Source: an uncultured bacterium
GTDB lineage: Bacteria > Omnitrophota > Omnitrophia > Omnitrophales > Abzuiibacteriaceae
Direction of reading: 5' to 3'
Assembly: GCA_964387845.1 (NCBI GenBank)
Contig: CAYLXA010000002.1
Coordinates: 211,584 to 275,583 of the forward strand
DNA: 64,000 nt
The stretch's first letter is position 1. The number at the start of each line of letters is the position of its first letter. Under the pieces are notes generated by a model. The model saw nothing but the letters and a program-made list of their open reading frames with translations. It did not search any database and was not told the DNA's origin. This document shows, in pieces, positions 19,034 to 28,463 of this stretch. Both the position numbers and the translations under genes were made by a program.

Positions 19034-20011
19034 TTACCTAAACTGTTCAAGAAACCGCAGATCATTTTCATAAAAAAGACGGATATCCTTTATGCCGTGC
19101 CTCAGCATGGCAATGCGTTCAACGCCCAGCCCAAACGCAAATCCTTTTACTCTCTTGGGATCATAACCCACCTGCTCAAATACTTTTGGGTTCACAACGC
19201 CCGCGCCCAGCACTTCCAGCCAGCCTTTCCCCCAATTAACATCAATTTCGACGCTGGGTTCTGTGAACGGAAAATAATGGGGCCTGAATCTGGTTTTAAT
19301 GCCGGAGCCGAATAATTTACGCAGAAAAACATCCAGCACACCTTTCAAATCCGAAAACTTAACATCCTGATCGACCATCAATCCTTCAATTTGATGGAAC
19401 ATGAACGAATGGCTCGCATCCACTTCATCAGGCCGGTACACGCGGCCTGGTGCAATAATTCGAAGCGGCGGTTTGCGGTCTTTCATCACGCGGACCTGAA
19501 CCGTTGAGGTCTGGCTTCTCAAGAGCGCGCCGCTTTCGGTATAAAACGTATCAAAAGCATCGCGCGAGGGATGATTGAGCGGAATGTTGAGGGCTGTAAA
19601 ATTACAAAATTCGGTTTCAATTTCGCGGCCGTCGACAAGTTCAAAGCCGAGCTTGAGAAATAAGTCGCTGATCTCGCGGATGGTTTGCGTAATCGGATGA
19701 AGGCGGCCTTCCGGATAACGAAAGCCCGGAAGTGTTGGATCGATTGTACTTTGACCGGAAGCGGTAGATCCGATTTTCTTTTTACGGGTTTCGAGCGCAG
19801 ATTCGACCGATGATTTCAGCTTGTTAACATTTTGCCCGAACGCAGAACGTTCTTCCGGCGCAAGCGATCCGACTTGCTTTAAAAGCGATGTGACTTCGCC
19901 TTTTTTTCCCAAATAACGGACTCGGAGAGACTCCAGCTCTTTCAAGTCAGAAGCGTGCTCAATGGTTTCGCACGCTTCCTTTTCTAAGGCTTCGAAATTG
20001 GCTGCAGTCAT
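19034..20011 (-). CDS. pheS: phenylalanine--tRNA ligase alpha subunit
   Basis: Class II aaRS catalytic motifs are present, over 325 aa. Confidence 0.9.
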   Translation of the reverse strand: MTAANFEALEKEACETIEHASDLKELESLRVRYLGKKGEVTSLLKQVGSLAPEERSAFGQNVNKLKSSVESALETRKKKIGSTASGQSTIDPTLPGFRYPEGRLHPITQTIREISDLFLKLGFELVDGREIETEFCNFTALNIPLNHPSRDAFDTFYTESGALLRSQTSTVQVRVMKDRKPPLRIIAPGRVYRPDEVDASHSFMFHQIEGLMVDQDVKFSDLKGVLDVFLRKLFGSGIKTRFRPHYFPFTEPSVEIDVNWGKGWLEVLGAGVVNPKVFEQVGYDPKRVKGFAFGLGVERIAMLRHGIKDIRLFYENDLRFLEQFR

Positions 20012-20056
20012 AAGAATGAAGCACGCTGTCCGAATTCAACAGCTGCTCGAGAGCTG

Positions 20057-20410
20057 TTATTTCGCTTTTTTTGCGAGATCGACCAACTGTTTAAAAGAAC
20101 TTGGATCCTGAATGGCCAGTTCGGAAATCGATTTCCGGTCCAGCTGAATCTTGGCTTTTTTCAACAGTGCGATGAATTTCGAATAGGAAATACCCTGTTC
20201 GCGGCATGCGGCATTCAGACGCACAATCCAAAGCGAGCGGTAAACCCGGCGCTTTTTTTTGCGGTCGCGTGTTGCAAACACCATGGCGCGCTGCACGGTT
20301 TCGCGGGCCATCCGGTAAAGTTTGCGGCGGCCTCCCCAAAAGCCTTTTGCGCGCTTAAGAAATTTTTTATGTCGTTTGCGTGATGCGGGTATTCTGGTTG
20401 CTCTTGGCAT
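20057..20410 (-). CDS. rplT: 50S ribosomal protein L20
   Basis: The sequence is L20-like (ARVKRGVNAR-like basic N-terminus, here PRATRIPASRKRHKKFLKRAKGF) over 117 aa. Confidence 0.9.
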   Translation of the reverse strand: MPRATRIPASRKRHKKFLKRAKGFWGGRRKLYRMARETVQRAMVFATRDRKKKRRVYRSLWIVRLNAACREQGISYSKFIALLKKAKIQLDRKSISELAIQDPSSFKQLVDLAKKAK

Positions 20411-20432
20411 AAATCACTTTTTTCCTTTTTAC

Positions 20433-20630
20433 TCAGCCGTACGGCAAAGCTTCTCTAACTTGTTTCGCATTGGTCACATCGACCCCACTCCAACCTCTGA
20501 GCTTGCGTTTAGAACCCGAGGTCTTATCGCCCAGCAAATGGCGGCGCTTGGTTTTCACCATGCGCACTTTCCCGTTCTTGCTGACTTTGAATCTTTTCCG
20601 AACTGCTTTGTTGGTTTTCAATTTTGGCAT
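20433..20630 (-). CDS. rpmI: 50S ribosomal protein L35
   Basis: MPKLKTNKAVRKRFKVSKNGKVR is an L35 signature, over 65 aa. Confidence 0.9.
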   Translation of the reverse strand: MPKLKTNKAVRKRFKVSKNGKVRMVKTKRRHLLGDKTSGSKRKLRGWSGVDVTNAKQVREALPYG

Positions 20631-20651
20631 TTTCCCACTCCGTTCTTAAAT

Positions 20652-21218
20652 TTATTTAACTGCTTTTTCGCCCGAACCCGACTTGGCAGGGCCTGGTTTT
20701 TTGGGCTGCTTTTTGGGCGAAAACATGATCGAAATAATTTTGCCTTCGAGCCCTTCGTTTTTTTCAATTTCGCCGACATCCGAAACATCCTGAACAAACC
20801 GGTCAATGATTCGCTGGCCGAGCTCGGCGTGCATGATTTCACGGCCACGGAACATCATGCTCAGCTTGACTTTGTCGCCGCGCTCCAAAAATCCGATCGC
20901 ACTTCTGAGCTTGGTCTGGTAATCGTGTTCCTCGATCTTTGAAGTCATTTTGACTTCCTTGATATTGATGACATGCTGTTTCTTTTTTGCTTCCTTTTCC
21001 TGCTTTTCGATTGAATAAAGGTACTTTCCAAAATCAATGATGCGGCAGACAGGCGGCTTCGCAGTCGGCGATATCTCAACCAAATCCAGCCCTTCCTCGC
21101 GGGCGCGCTTAACGCCTTCGTCCGGCGCGACAATTCCGATTAATTTGCCGTCGGACCCGATTAAACGAATTTGAGGAACTCGAATACGCTCGTTGATGCG
21201 AATGCTACTGTACCGGAT
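20652..21218 (-). CDS. infC: translation initiation factor IF-3 (probable non-AUG start)
   Basis: The ORF track starts the gene at an internal Met. The IF-3 N-domain (IRINERIRVPQIRLIGSDGKLIGIV) continues upstream in frame. An in-frame ATC codon lies 6 nt after an AGGAGG Shine-Dalgarno, and an ATT codon lies 5 codons further downstream. No in-frame ATG is available. Confidence 0.75.
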   Translation of the reverse strand: MRYSSIRINERIRVPQIRLIGSDGKLIGIVAPDEGVKRAREEGLDLVEISPTAKPPVCRIIDFGKYLYSIEKQEKEAKKKQHVINIKEVKMTSKIEEHDYQTKLRSAIGFLERGDKVKLSMMFRGREIMHAELGQRIIDRFVQDVSDVGEIEKNEGLEGKIISIMFSPKKQPKKPGPAKSGSGEKAVK

Positions 21219-21245
21219 ATGCCACCTCCTGATTTTGAATGCTGA

Positions 21246-23018
21246 TTATTCTAAAGACTTTGTTTCGATTTTGTTTTTCAGAAACTCAACGCACTTAGAC
21301 ACGTCCATCGTACCCAAATCTTTTCTGCCGCGTTCCCGGACGGCCACCTGGCCGGACTCGAGTTCGCGGTCGCCCACCACCAAAATATATGGGACTTTTT
21401 CGACTTCTGCCTGGCGAACTTTATAACTGATTTTCTCCGGCCGCGCGTCCAAATCCGTCCGGATTCCCGATTGCAATAAGACATCAACCACTTTTCGAGC
21501 ACCCGCCTCTTGCTTTTCAGAAATACACGCCACGCGCACTTGAACGGGCGCAAGCCAAACTGGGAATGCAGCGCCAAAATGTTCGACCAAAATACCCATA
21601 AAGCGCTCAACCGAACCGAACACTGCACGATGAACCATCACCGGCCGGTGGAGAGCGCCGTCTTCGCCTGTGTACTCCAAACCAAAGCGTTCCGGCATCT
21701 GGAAATCAAGCTGGATCGTTCCGCACTGCCAAATTCTACCAATGGAATCGGTAACTTCAAAATCTATTTTCGGGCCGTAAAAAGCGCCGCCGCCCGCATG
21801 GACATCAAAGCTGATGTCGTTCTTTTTCAGCGCTTCTTCCAAACCTTTGGTCGCCTTTTCCCATTGATCATCCGTTCCCATGGAATCTTTGGGACGTGTC
21901 GATAAATTGATCGCGATTTTTGAAAATCCGAAGGTTTTATACATGCGCAAAATCAGGGCGATGACTTTTGAAATTTCTTCCTTGATCTGATCGCCGTAGC
22001 AGAAAATATGCGTATCATCAATCGTAAACGCCTTGACGCGGAACAGGCCGTGCAAAACACCGGACAATTCATGCCGGTGCACAAGGCCGAGCTCGGACAG
22101 CCGAAGCGGCAGATCGCGGTATGAGCGCTGGCGCGAACGATAAACAATCGTGGAGCCCGGACAATTCATGGGCTTTAACGCAAAATCCTGGCTCTCGACT
22201 TTTGTGAAATACATGTTTTCTTTGTAATGAGCATAATGGCCGCTTTGCTTCCAAAGCTCGTCTTTCAAAATCATCGGCGTCCGGATTTCCTGATAATGCT
22301 CTTTTTCGTGCTCTTCGCGCCAAAATCGAATCAGCTCGTTATAAACAATAATTCCCTTCGGATGATAAAACGGGATTCCCGGCGATTCTTCATGAAACGT
22401 GAATAAGTCCAGCTCTTTGCCAAGCCGCCTGTGGTCGCGCTTCTTCGCTTCTTCGAGCTGTTTTAAATAATCATCGAGTTCTTTATCGGATGTAAACGCA
22501 ACACCGTAAACACGCTGCAGCATCGGATTGTGTTCATTGCCGCGCCAATAGGCACCCGCCACATTGGTCAACTTAAAACCTTTGATCTCTTTCGTGTTCG
22601 TCACGTGCGGCCCACGGCAAAGATCCATGAATTTCCCGTTTGAAAAAATCGAGACTTTATCGTCCGGAATTCCTTCCACAATTTCGCACTTAAACTTTTC
22701 GCCGCGCTTTTTAAAAAGCTCGATGGCTTCTTTCTTAGATAAGAAGCTCTGTTTAAATTCCTGCTGCTCCCCGATAATCCGAAGACATTCCTTTTCAATT
22801 GCAGCCAAATCGTCATCCGTGAGCGGTTTTTCGACCTGAAAGTCATAATAAAAACCGGTTGCGGTTGCCGGGCCTGTTCCAAGCTTCACATTCGGATACA
22901 AAGCCTGCATGGCTTGCGCCAACACGTGCGCTGCGCTGTGCCGGATCCGATGGAGCCGTTCAGACATATTTTCCGATGAAGAGCCCTTTGGGGCAGAATT
23001 TGCTTGCGATTGCGGCAT
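21246..23018 (-). CDS. thrS: threonine--tRNA ligase (lacking the N-terminal TGS domain)
   Basis: An editing-domain motif (HSAAHVLAQA) sits near the N-terminus, followed by class II catalytic and anticodon-binding domains, over 590 aa. Confidence 0.9.
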   Translation of the reverse strand: MPQSQANSAPKGSSSENMSERLHRIRHSAAHVLAQAMQALYPNVKLGTGPATATGFYYDFQVEKPLTDDDLAAIEKECLRIIGEQQEFKQSFLSKKEAIELFKKRGEKFKCEIVEGIPDDKVSIFSNGKFMDLCRGPHVTNTKEIKGFKLTNVAGAYWRGNEHNPMLQRVYGVAFTSDKELDDYLKQLEEAKKRDHRRLGKELDLFTFHEESPGIPFYHPKGIIVYNELIRFWREEHEKEHYQEIRTPMILKDELWKQSGHYAHYKENMYFTKVESQDFALKPMNCPGSTIVYRSRQRSYRDLPLRLSELGLVHRHELSGVLHGLFRVKAFTIDDTHIFCYGDQIKEEISKVIALILRMYKTFGFSKIAINLSTRPKDSMGTDDQWEKATKGLEEALKKNDISFDVHAGGGAFYGPKIDFEVTDSIGRIWQCGTIQLDFQMPERFGLEYTGEDGALHRPVMVHRAVFGSVERFMGILVEHFGAAFPVWLAPVQVRVACISEKQEAGARKVVDVLLQSGIRTDLDARPEKISYKVRQAEVEKVPYILVVGDRELESGQVAVRERGRKDLGTMDVSKCVEFLKNKIETKSLE

Positions 23019-23114
23019 GGCTTAAAACGTGAGCATGAGTGGAATTGAATGTAACTTCTGATGTTTCATACAGTTCGGTAGTATATCGGGAATCGCCATA
23101 AGCCGCAACAAGTA

Positions 23115-26100
23115 TTACGCCGCCTGTCGAATCGCCTGACGGCCCTGTTCTTCAATATAGAGCGCTTCGATTCTATCAAACATGATCGTAACGACACCCG
23201 TGTAATGGTCAAATTCGAACCCGAGGCTTTTTAAGGGAAAAAGAAGCCGCGCCTGCTCTTCGGGGCTCTTATTTTTAAGGATTTTCGCCAGGGTGCCCGC
23301 CGCGCGAAGAATCGGAATGGTAAGCTCTTGAATGGCTGCTTTACTTCGAACGCTTTCCCAATTGGCAAACGCGACAAAAACATTTGTCAAAGCCGCGAGC
23401 TGACTTTCGGTTTCTGCCATCGCAGCACCATCTGTTGTTTGCGCCAAAGGAACGAACGGCATATCGGAAATCCGCAGATTGCGTGAAAGTGCACCAGCCG
23501 CCTGCGCACGCTCCACCGCATCCGTAATAGCTTTTACAAATTCATTTCGAATTTTCTGGACATGCATTCTCGCTTCTGTATCCGGAGCCGAAAATGCGAT
23601 TCGCAATTCAGAGCGGGACAATTGATCGAGACTCATTAAGAGAGCTTTAGCCAACGCGCCCTTGCCGTCAACCGTCACGGTCGGGATTCCGATTTTTACA
23701 TCCGGCGTAATAAGAGCCTCGATTGCAGCTTCAATGCGGCTTGCAATGATAGCACCTGCGTCGGTCACTTGAACTGCTGCAGGAAGAATGGATGTGCTTG
23801 TGGTTAGGCTATTTAAAGTCGGTTCTACAACTAAACTGAAAAATCGAGAATTTTGTACCGCTAGAATATCAAATACATTATCAGAAACCGTTGTGGCCAC
23901 TATTTTTGAAGCGGCCTCACGCAATTCTGAGCGATTCTCTTCCGCTTTTGCTGCAAGCTCCAGCGCTTCTTCGCTGAATTCCACAGTGTCTTCTTGCGGC
24001 TGTCCGTTCACTTTCACTTGCGCCGGAGACTTTCGCGGCGCAAACTGCTGAATCGGTTTTCGATCAGGATTGATATCCACAACCGGCGGAACCGGCTGAA
24101 CCGCCGCCCGAAGTTCGGATTTCTTAGTTTTTGTCGAATCTGATACGGGCGGAGCAGATTCAGCGGGCGTCGAGTCAGTTTCGCTGCTAATTCCTGCGGT
24201 TTTCTCAGCCTCTGCCCTTACCTTAGCGACCTTCACCCATTCAATGAAATCGAGCATGGGCCTTTCAGGATTTCGTATTTTAAGATCACCTTTTAGCAAT
24301 CCATTAATAATTTTTACCGCCAATCGCTTCATTTGGTCATCAAATTCAGTGCTTTTAATAATAAAGCTCTGATTGCTTTCTGTCATGTTAAGCGCCATTA
24401 GCGCAATGCCCAATAAATCGCGCGTTGCATTCAACGGAAATTGAATGGTTTTCGATAGTTTTGGAAGGCGGTCGTTCAGTTTAACCATGACACCGCTTCT
24501 ATTAAAAATGATGTCGAATTGTCTATCAGTCAGGTTCATGTCCTTTTTCAATTGCTCCGGATTTTCTTTCGTTGAAAAAGCCAGCGCCCAATCAAGGACA
24601 ACTGGTCCGTTATCCGTTTCAATGATATTAGGCAGGCCCAGATCATTGTGAACGACACCGGCCTGATGTGCATAATCGATGATTTGAGCGACTTGGAGCA
24701 ATAAATCTGAAGAGCGAATGGGTTTGGTTCCCGGTTTTTCAAACCGAAGCCAAAGCTGAGGGCGGTTATTTTCCGAGCTCCCAACCACGCCGCTGCGGGC
24801 ACTAAATGGAAACCCTTCTTGCCATCCATTCGGATTAAGAAGTTTGATGAACTCATTTTCTCTGACGAGCAAGCGATGGTGAATTTTTATTTCATTTTCA
24901 AGACGCCTGTTGAAATCGTCCTTTTCATCCTCAGCCACACCATTGTTATAATCCTCCATTCCCGGCAGAACTTCCTTGACTATATTGAGCTCCCCGGTGC
25001 GCTCATTAATTACAAGGGTAATGTGAGATACCTCATGGGGACGTGGCGGACGGCTTCTTTTGATGACTTCAGCGTAATATAACTGCTTGCGAGGCTTGAA
25101 AGAAAAACTCCAGACCATTCGGCTTCTTACCTTAATATCATTTGCATTTCTTACTTTAATAATTTTATTCTCTTCGATATACCGAAGCGGCGTATCGCCG
25201 TCATGATCTTCCCAGATACGTCCGCGTATTGTTTTGCGCGATAATTCAAACACGCGCGCCCGCACGCGCTCTTCAGACTCGGAAACGATAAGCACGCGCC
25301 CGCTCAAAATCAAAGCGTTCACGATGTATGGCGTATGAACCGGAGAATCAGCGTCTATAATCATTCGCTGGCGTTCGTTTCGATCTTTTATAATTTGTTT
25401 GTCGTTCAGCACAACAATGCGATCCTTTTTTGGAATTCCTAACTTGTCGGCTAATTTTGTCATCCAGAAATGTTTCTTTAGCTGATCTTTTGTTAAACCG
25501 AGTTCATTGTCTTTATGCCGAAGCTCGGAGCGGCTGGGTTCGTCGCTATCCCTCCCTGTGCCGGACGGAAGCATATTTGGCCAGAAACGTGGCGTAATGT
25601 GCCAAGCAACCAAAAGCCCGAATCCTGCCGAAAGCGACACTGTCGCAAGAATTGAATAAACCATTTCCGGAATTTGTTGGGCAAGAAGCGGAACATTGAA
25701 GCGCAGTTCGGATTTCTGAGGCGTTAAATTACCGGAGATCACCTCAGCTTGCTTTTCCTCAATGATCGCCGTTGCTCGGCTGGAGGCTTCGATTTGCCGG
25801 TTTTGATCATCAATTAAAGCACTGGCTTCACGCGCCTTTTCCGCCAACTCGCTTGCCGAAGTGCTCTTGGGTAGAAATGATGAGATTTGTTTGAGACGGC
25901 GAAGTTCGACACGTTGAGCAGCCACCCGTTTGGGATTTTGTAGGATGTGTCTACGCTTAGAAGGATCAGAAGCAATCGGAAACTCAAACCGCGGAAGGTC
26001 ATCGACATAAGCAATTAACTTCTCTTTGCCATCAATTATGGCAGTGCGTATTTCTGATCGCTGTGTCAATGTAGCGACATCCGTGACTTGAGAGAAAATA

Positions 26101-27863
26101 GCGTCCAATTTTCTAATTTCACTGCGTGTAAAAGCACGGTGTTGAAGCGCTAAATTATTGGGGTAAAGTGCCTGTGCGACTTTTAATCTCTCGTCCTTCG
26201 ATACCAAGCTTAGAAGCTCCCGGATTTGAGATTGGTCAAACATGGTTTTGCGCGTTCCGAGCATGGATTCTAGATAGATTTTCTCAACACCTTCGACGGA
26301 CGAAAGCCGCGGGCTGATTTCGATATACGAAAAGTTTTCCTTTGCGAAACGTTCCTCCAGGCCCTCCGAGTGAAATCCGCCGCTCACCAGAATCGCAGAC
26401 TGACGGCCGAGTTTTTTTAAAACTGACTTTGCATTTTCAACAAAATGTCTCTCGCGCGAAACCGCGCCTTGATAAAAATCAATTGCGGATTCGAAAATAT
26501 CATCAAGTTCGGCGGAAACTTTTATCGAATCAGGACTCACATCCCGTCTCTCGGCCAGTGTTTTTATTAAAAAACTGGGGCTGAGCGAATCTTTTTGGTA
26601 CATCGCCACCGCCACTTCATTGCGGACGAGCTCGAGCTTGAGCAGCTTTTCGAGCAGGATTGATTTCTGAATCAAATCCACCAGCGATTTTTCCTGATCC
26701 GATTCGATCAGCACTTTAAAAACAGCGGCAACGGCCTTTTCAATTTCATCAAAAAACTGAATGCCGTCAATTTCGCTTTGGAATATCAAGGTCGCCAAAA
26801 CTTTCGACAGTTCGGGAAAATATTCAAACTCAAAACCGTGCGGCGATAATGCTTGATACAAATCCTCCAGAAAAACTCTCGGCAATCTTGCGCCAAGCCC
26901 CTTCACGCCGCTTTCTAACTTCCAATCGTCAAGGCCTGCTTTTAACTCCGCCGGCACATCCAGCGCGTGGACGAGTGATCGCAAGCTGTCCAACTCGCCT
27001 TGCGCTTCGTCTAACTTAATTTTAGACTCCAAATTTTGCGCTTTGAAAAATCGGACCAGCATCGGGTATTCAATTTGAGATTTTGCGTGTGCTATATCCA
27101 TCTCGAGCCTGCTCAATGCAAACCGCTTAATGACGTTCAAAAAGCCGATCAAATCCAGCCGTTCATCGCGCCAGGCCAGCCATGAGCGTAAAAAATCTTT
27201 TAAATCTTTATTGAAATAACGCGATCCTAGGACTTCAATCTGTCCGTGGAGATTTTTTAAATAACGATCAACATTGGTGCGATGCGACGCGACTTTTTGG
27301 AAAGTTTTGAGGTTTTTCGCAAACGCTTCTAAGTTTTCAACGCCTTCCGCATGAATGCTCGGATCGTCCAAATGATCCAGCAAAAATAATTCGGCGCCCG
27401 AAAGGTCCCCGTTCTGCGCCATGTAATCGGCGATTTTTTTGTTGAGATCTTCATCATCGAAGAAACGGAATTGCTCCGGGTCAAGCTCGGATGAAGCTGC
27501 TTCTAAAAGAATTGTTTTGATTCCGTAGGCTCCGGAAATGTGCTCGATAATTTCCTTGGTATGCCGCTGCGCTTCATAGCTTCCGTGCGCATCGCGGATA
27601 TGAATGATCGCGGGCGCTTCGTTACCTGCAGCTATTACCGGCCGGACCGACTCAACGCGGCCGAGCGATTCCGGGATACTGAGATCTAAAATTCTAAAAT
27701 ACGAGGTTTGTGCAGGTTCTGCAAAGTTGGCGATTTGAATGGTGGCCGGTGTTGCAAGCGCGGGGTCAATTGAAGAAGTGGCAAGAACCGTCAGAATAAG
27801 AAAACTTGAAAGCAATCTTACTGTAAACTTATATCTATTATTTCTCAATATTTTATCTGACAT
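23115..27863 (-). CDS. giant membrane protein of unknown function (1582 aa) with TraB/GumN/Tiki-like motifs and a kinase-like segment
   Basis: It is one uninterrupted ORF. It has an N-terminal signal/anchor and an internal TM helix near residue 745. Paired motifs IIHIRDAHGS and ILVSGGFHSEG lie in the N-terminal half. The motif VVHNDLGLPNIIETDNGPVVLDWALAF lies in the cytoplasmic half. Confidence 0.6.
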   Translation of the reverse strand: MSDKILRNNRYKFTVRLLSSFLILTVLATSSIDPALATPATIQIANFAEPAQTSYFRILDLSIPESLGRVESVRPVIAAGNEAPAIIHIRDAHGSYEAQRHTKEIIEHISGAYGIKTILLEAASSELDPEQFRFFDDEDLNKKIADYMAQNGDLSGAELFLLDHLDDPSIHAEGVENLEAFAKNLKTFQKVASHRTNVDRYLKNLHGQIEVLGSRYFNKDLKDFLRSWLAWRDERLDLIGFLNVIKRFALSRLEMDIAHAKSQIEYPMLVRFFKAQNLESKIKLDEAQGELDSLRSLVHALDVPAELKAGLDDWKLESGVKGLGARLPRVFLEDLYQALSPHGFEFEYFPELSKVLATLIFQSEIDGIQFFDEIEKAVAAVFKVLIESDQEKSLVDLIQKSILLEKLLKLELVRNEVAVAMYQKDSLSPSFLIKTLAERRDVSPDSIKVSAELDDIFESAIDFYQGAVSRERHFVENAKSVLKKLGRQSAILVSGGFHSEGLEERFAKENFSYIEISPRLSSVEGVEKIYLESMLGTRKTMFDQSQIRELLSLVSKDERLKVAQALYPNNLALQHRAFTRSEIRKLDAIFSQVTDVATLTQRSEIRTAIIDGKEKLIAYVDDLPRFEFPIASDPSKRRHILQNPKRVAAQRVELRRLKQISSFLPKSTSASELAEKAREASALIDDQNRQIEASSRATAIIEEKQAEVISGNLTPQKSELRFNVPLLAQQIPEMVYSILATVSLSAGFGLLVAWHITPRFWPNMLPSGTGRDSDEPSRSELRHKDNELGLTKDQLKKHFWMTKLADKLGIPKKDRIVVLNDKQIIKDRNERQRMIIDADSPVHTPYIVNALILSGRVLIVSESEERVRARVFELSRKTIRGRIWEDHDGDTPLRYIEENKIIKVRNANDIKVRSRMVWSFSFKPRKQLYYAEVIKRSRPPRPHEVSHITLVINERTGELNIVKEVLPGMEDYNNGVAEDEKDDFNRRLENEIKIHHRLLVRENEFIKLLNPNGWQEGFPFSARSGVVGSSENNRPQLWLRFEKPGTKPIRSSDLLLQVAQIIDYAHQAGVVHNDLGLPNIIETDNGPVVLDWALAFSTKENPEQLKKDMNLTDRQFDIIFNRSGVMVKLNDRLPKLSKTIQFPLNATRDLLGIALMALNMTESNQSFIIKSTEFDDQMKRLAVKIINGLLKGDLKIRNPERPMLDFIEWVKVAKVRAEAEKTAGISSETDSTPAESAPPVSDSTKTKKSELRAAVQPVPPVVDINPDRKPIQQFAPRKSPAQVKVNGQPQEDTVEFSEEALELAAKAEENRSELREAASKIVATTVSDNVFDILAVQNSRFFSLVVEPTLNSLTTSTSILPAAVQVTDAGAIIASRIEAAIEALITPDVKIGIPTVTVDGKGALAKALLMSLDQLSRSELRIAFSAPDTEARMHVQKIRNEFVKAITDAVERAQAAGALSRNLRISDMPFVPLAQTTDGAAMAETESQLAALTNVFVAFANWESVRSKAAIQELTIPILRAAGTLAKILKNKSPEEQARLLFPLKSLGFEFDHYTGVVTIMFDRIEALYIEEQGRQAIRQAA

Positions 27864-28241
27864 AAAATATAGTTTTTTAACGTCTTAAATAACTAAAACA
27901 AAGAATCCTCCCTTCTCTGAAAAATTTTTGGGATTGAACTGATAATAAATTATGCCAGATTAGTGAAAGCAATACAAGGGTGTATTGATTTGCTAACCTG
28001 TTGTTTTATATGGACTTACAGAAATTTCTTCTGTGGAGGTACTTTTAAACTGCAAAATAAGTCAAAATTTACTTAGATTTTGAACTTTTTTTGCTGTTTG
28101 CTTTTGCCTTTAAACGCTTAATTCTAGCGCGCCGGCGGGCTCTTTTTTTTCGTTTTTTTGCATCGCGTGTCATGTTTTCTTCCTTCCTTAATTAATAAAT
28201 ACTGCGATGCGGTGCGCGGCATCCTTGCCCGCGACAGCATC

Positions 28242-28280
28242 GTATTTTTGCATCGGCAAAAATGCGCGCTAGAGGACTCG
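28242..28280. repeat. direct repeat copy 1 (duplicate of tRNA-Val 3' end plus downstream hairpin)
   Basis: The 39 nt gtatttttgcatcggcaaaaatgcgcgctagaggactcg are identical to 28425-28463. Confidence 0.8.
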
Positions 28281-28424
28281 GCGCCTTCCGCTCGCAACCC
28301 TCGCTCCAGGTCGGCCACCCGCTCCTCAAATCTGACGCTCAGCTTACTTCGCGTCATGAGGAGCTCCCTTCGAGTCCTCATCTTGCAGTGCCGTAGAGAG
28401 CTTTCCTTAAACTCTCACGGCACA

Positions 28425-28463
28425 GTATTTTTGCATCGGCAAAAATGCGCGCTAGAGGACTCG
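28425..28463. repeat. direct repeat copy 2 (covers the 3' 18 nt of tRNA-Val and 21 nt downstream)
   Basis: It is a perfect 39-nt match to 28242-28280 and includes the palindrome tttttgc-cgat-gcaaaaa. Confidence 0.8.

Noticed and set aside
28124-28381. 85-aa minus-strand ORF from the track spanning the tRNA-Val repeat region
   Set aside because: It is translated from tRNA-derived repeat sequence and the A-rich spacer. It has no Shine-Dalgarno and resembles no protein, so it is spurious.
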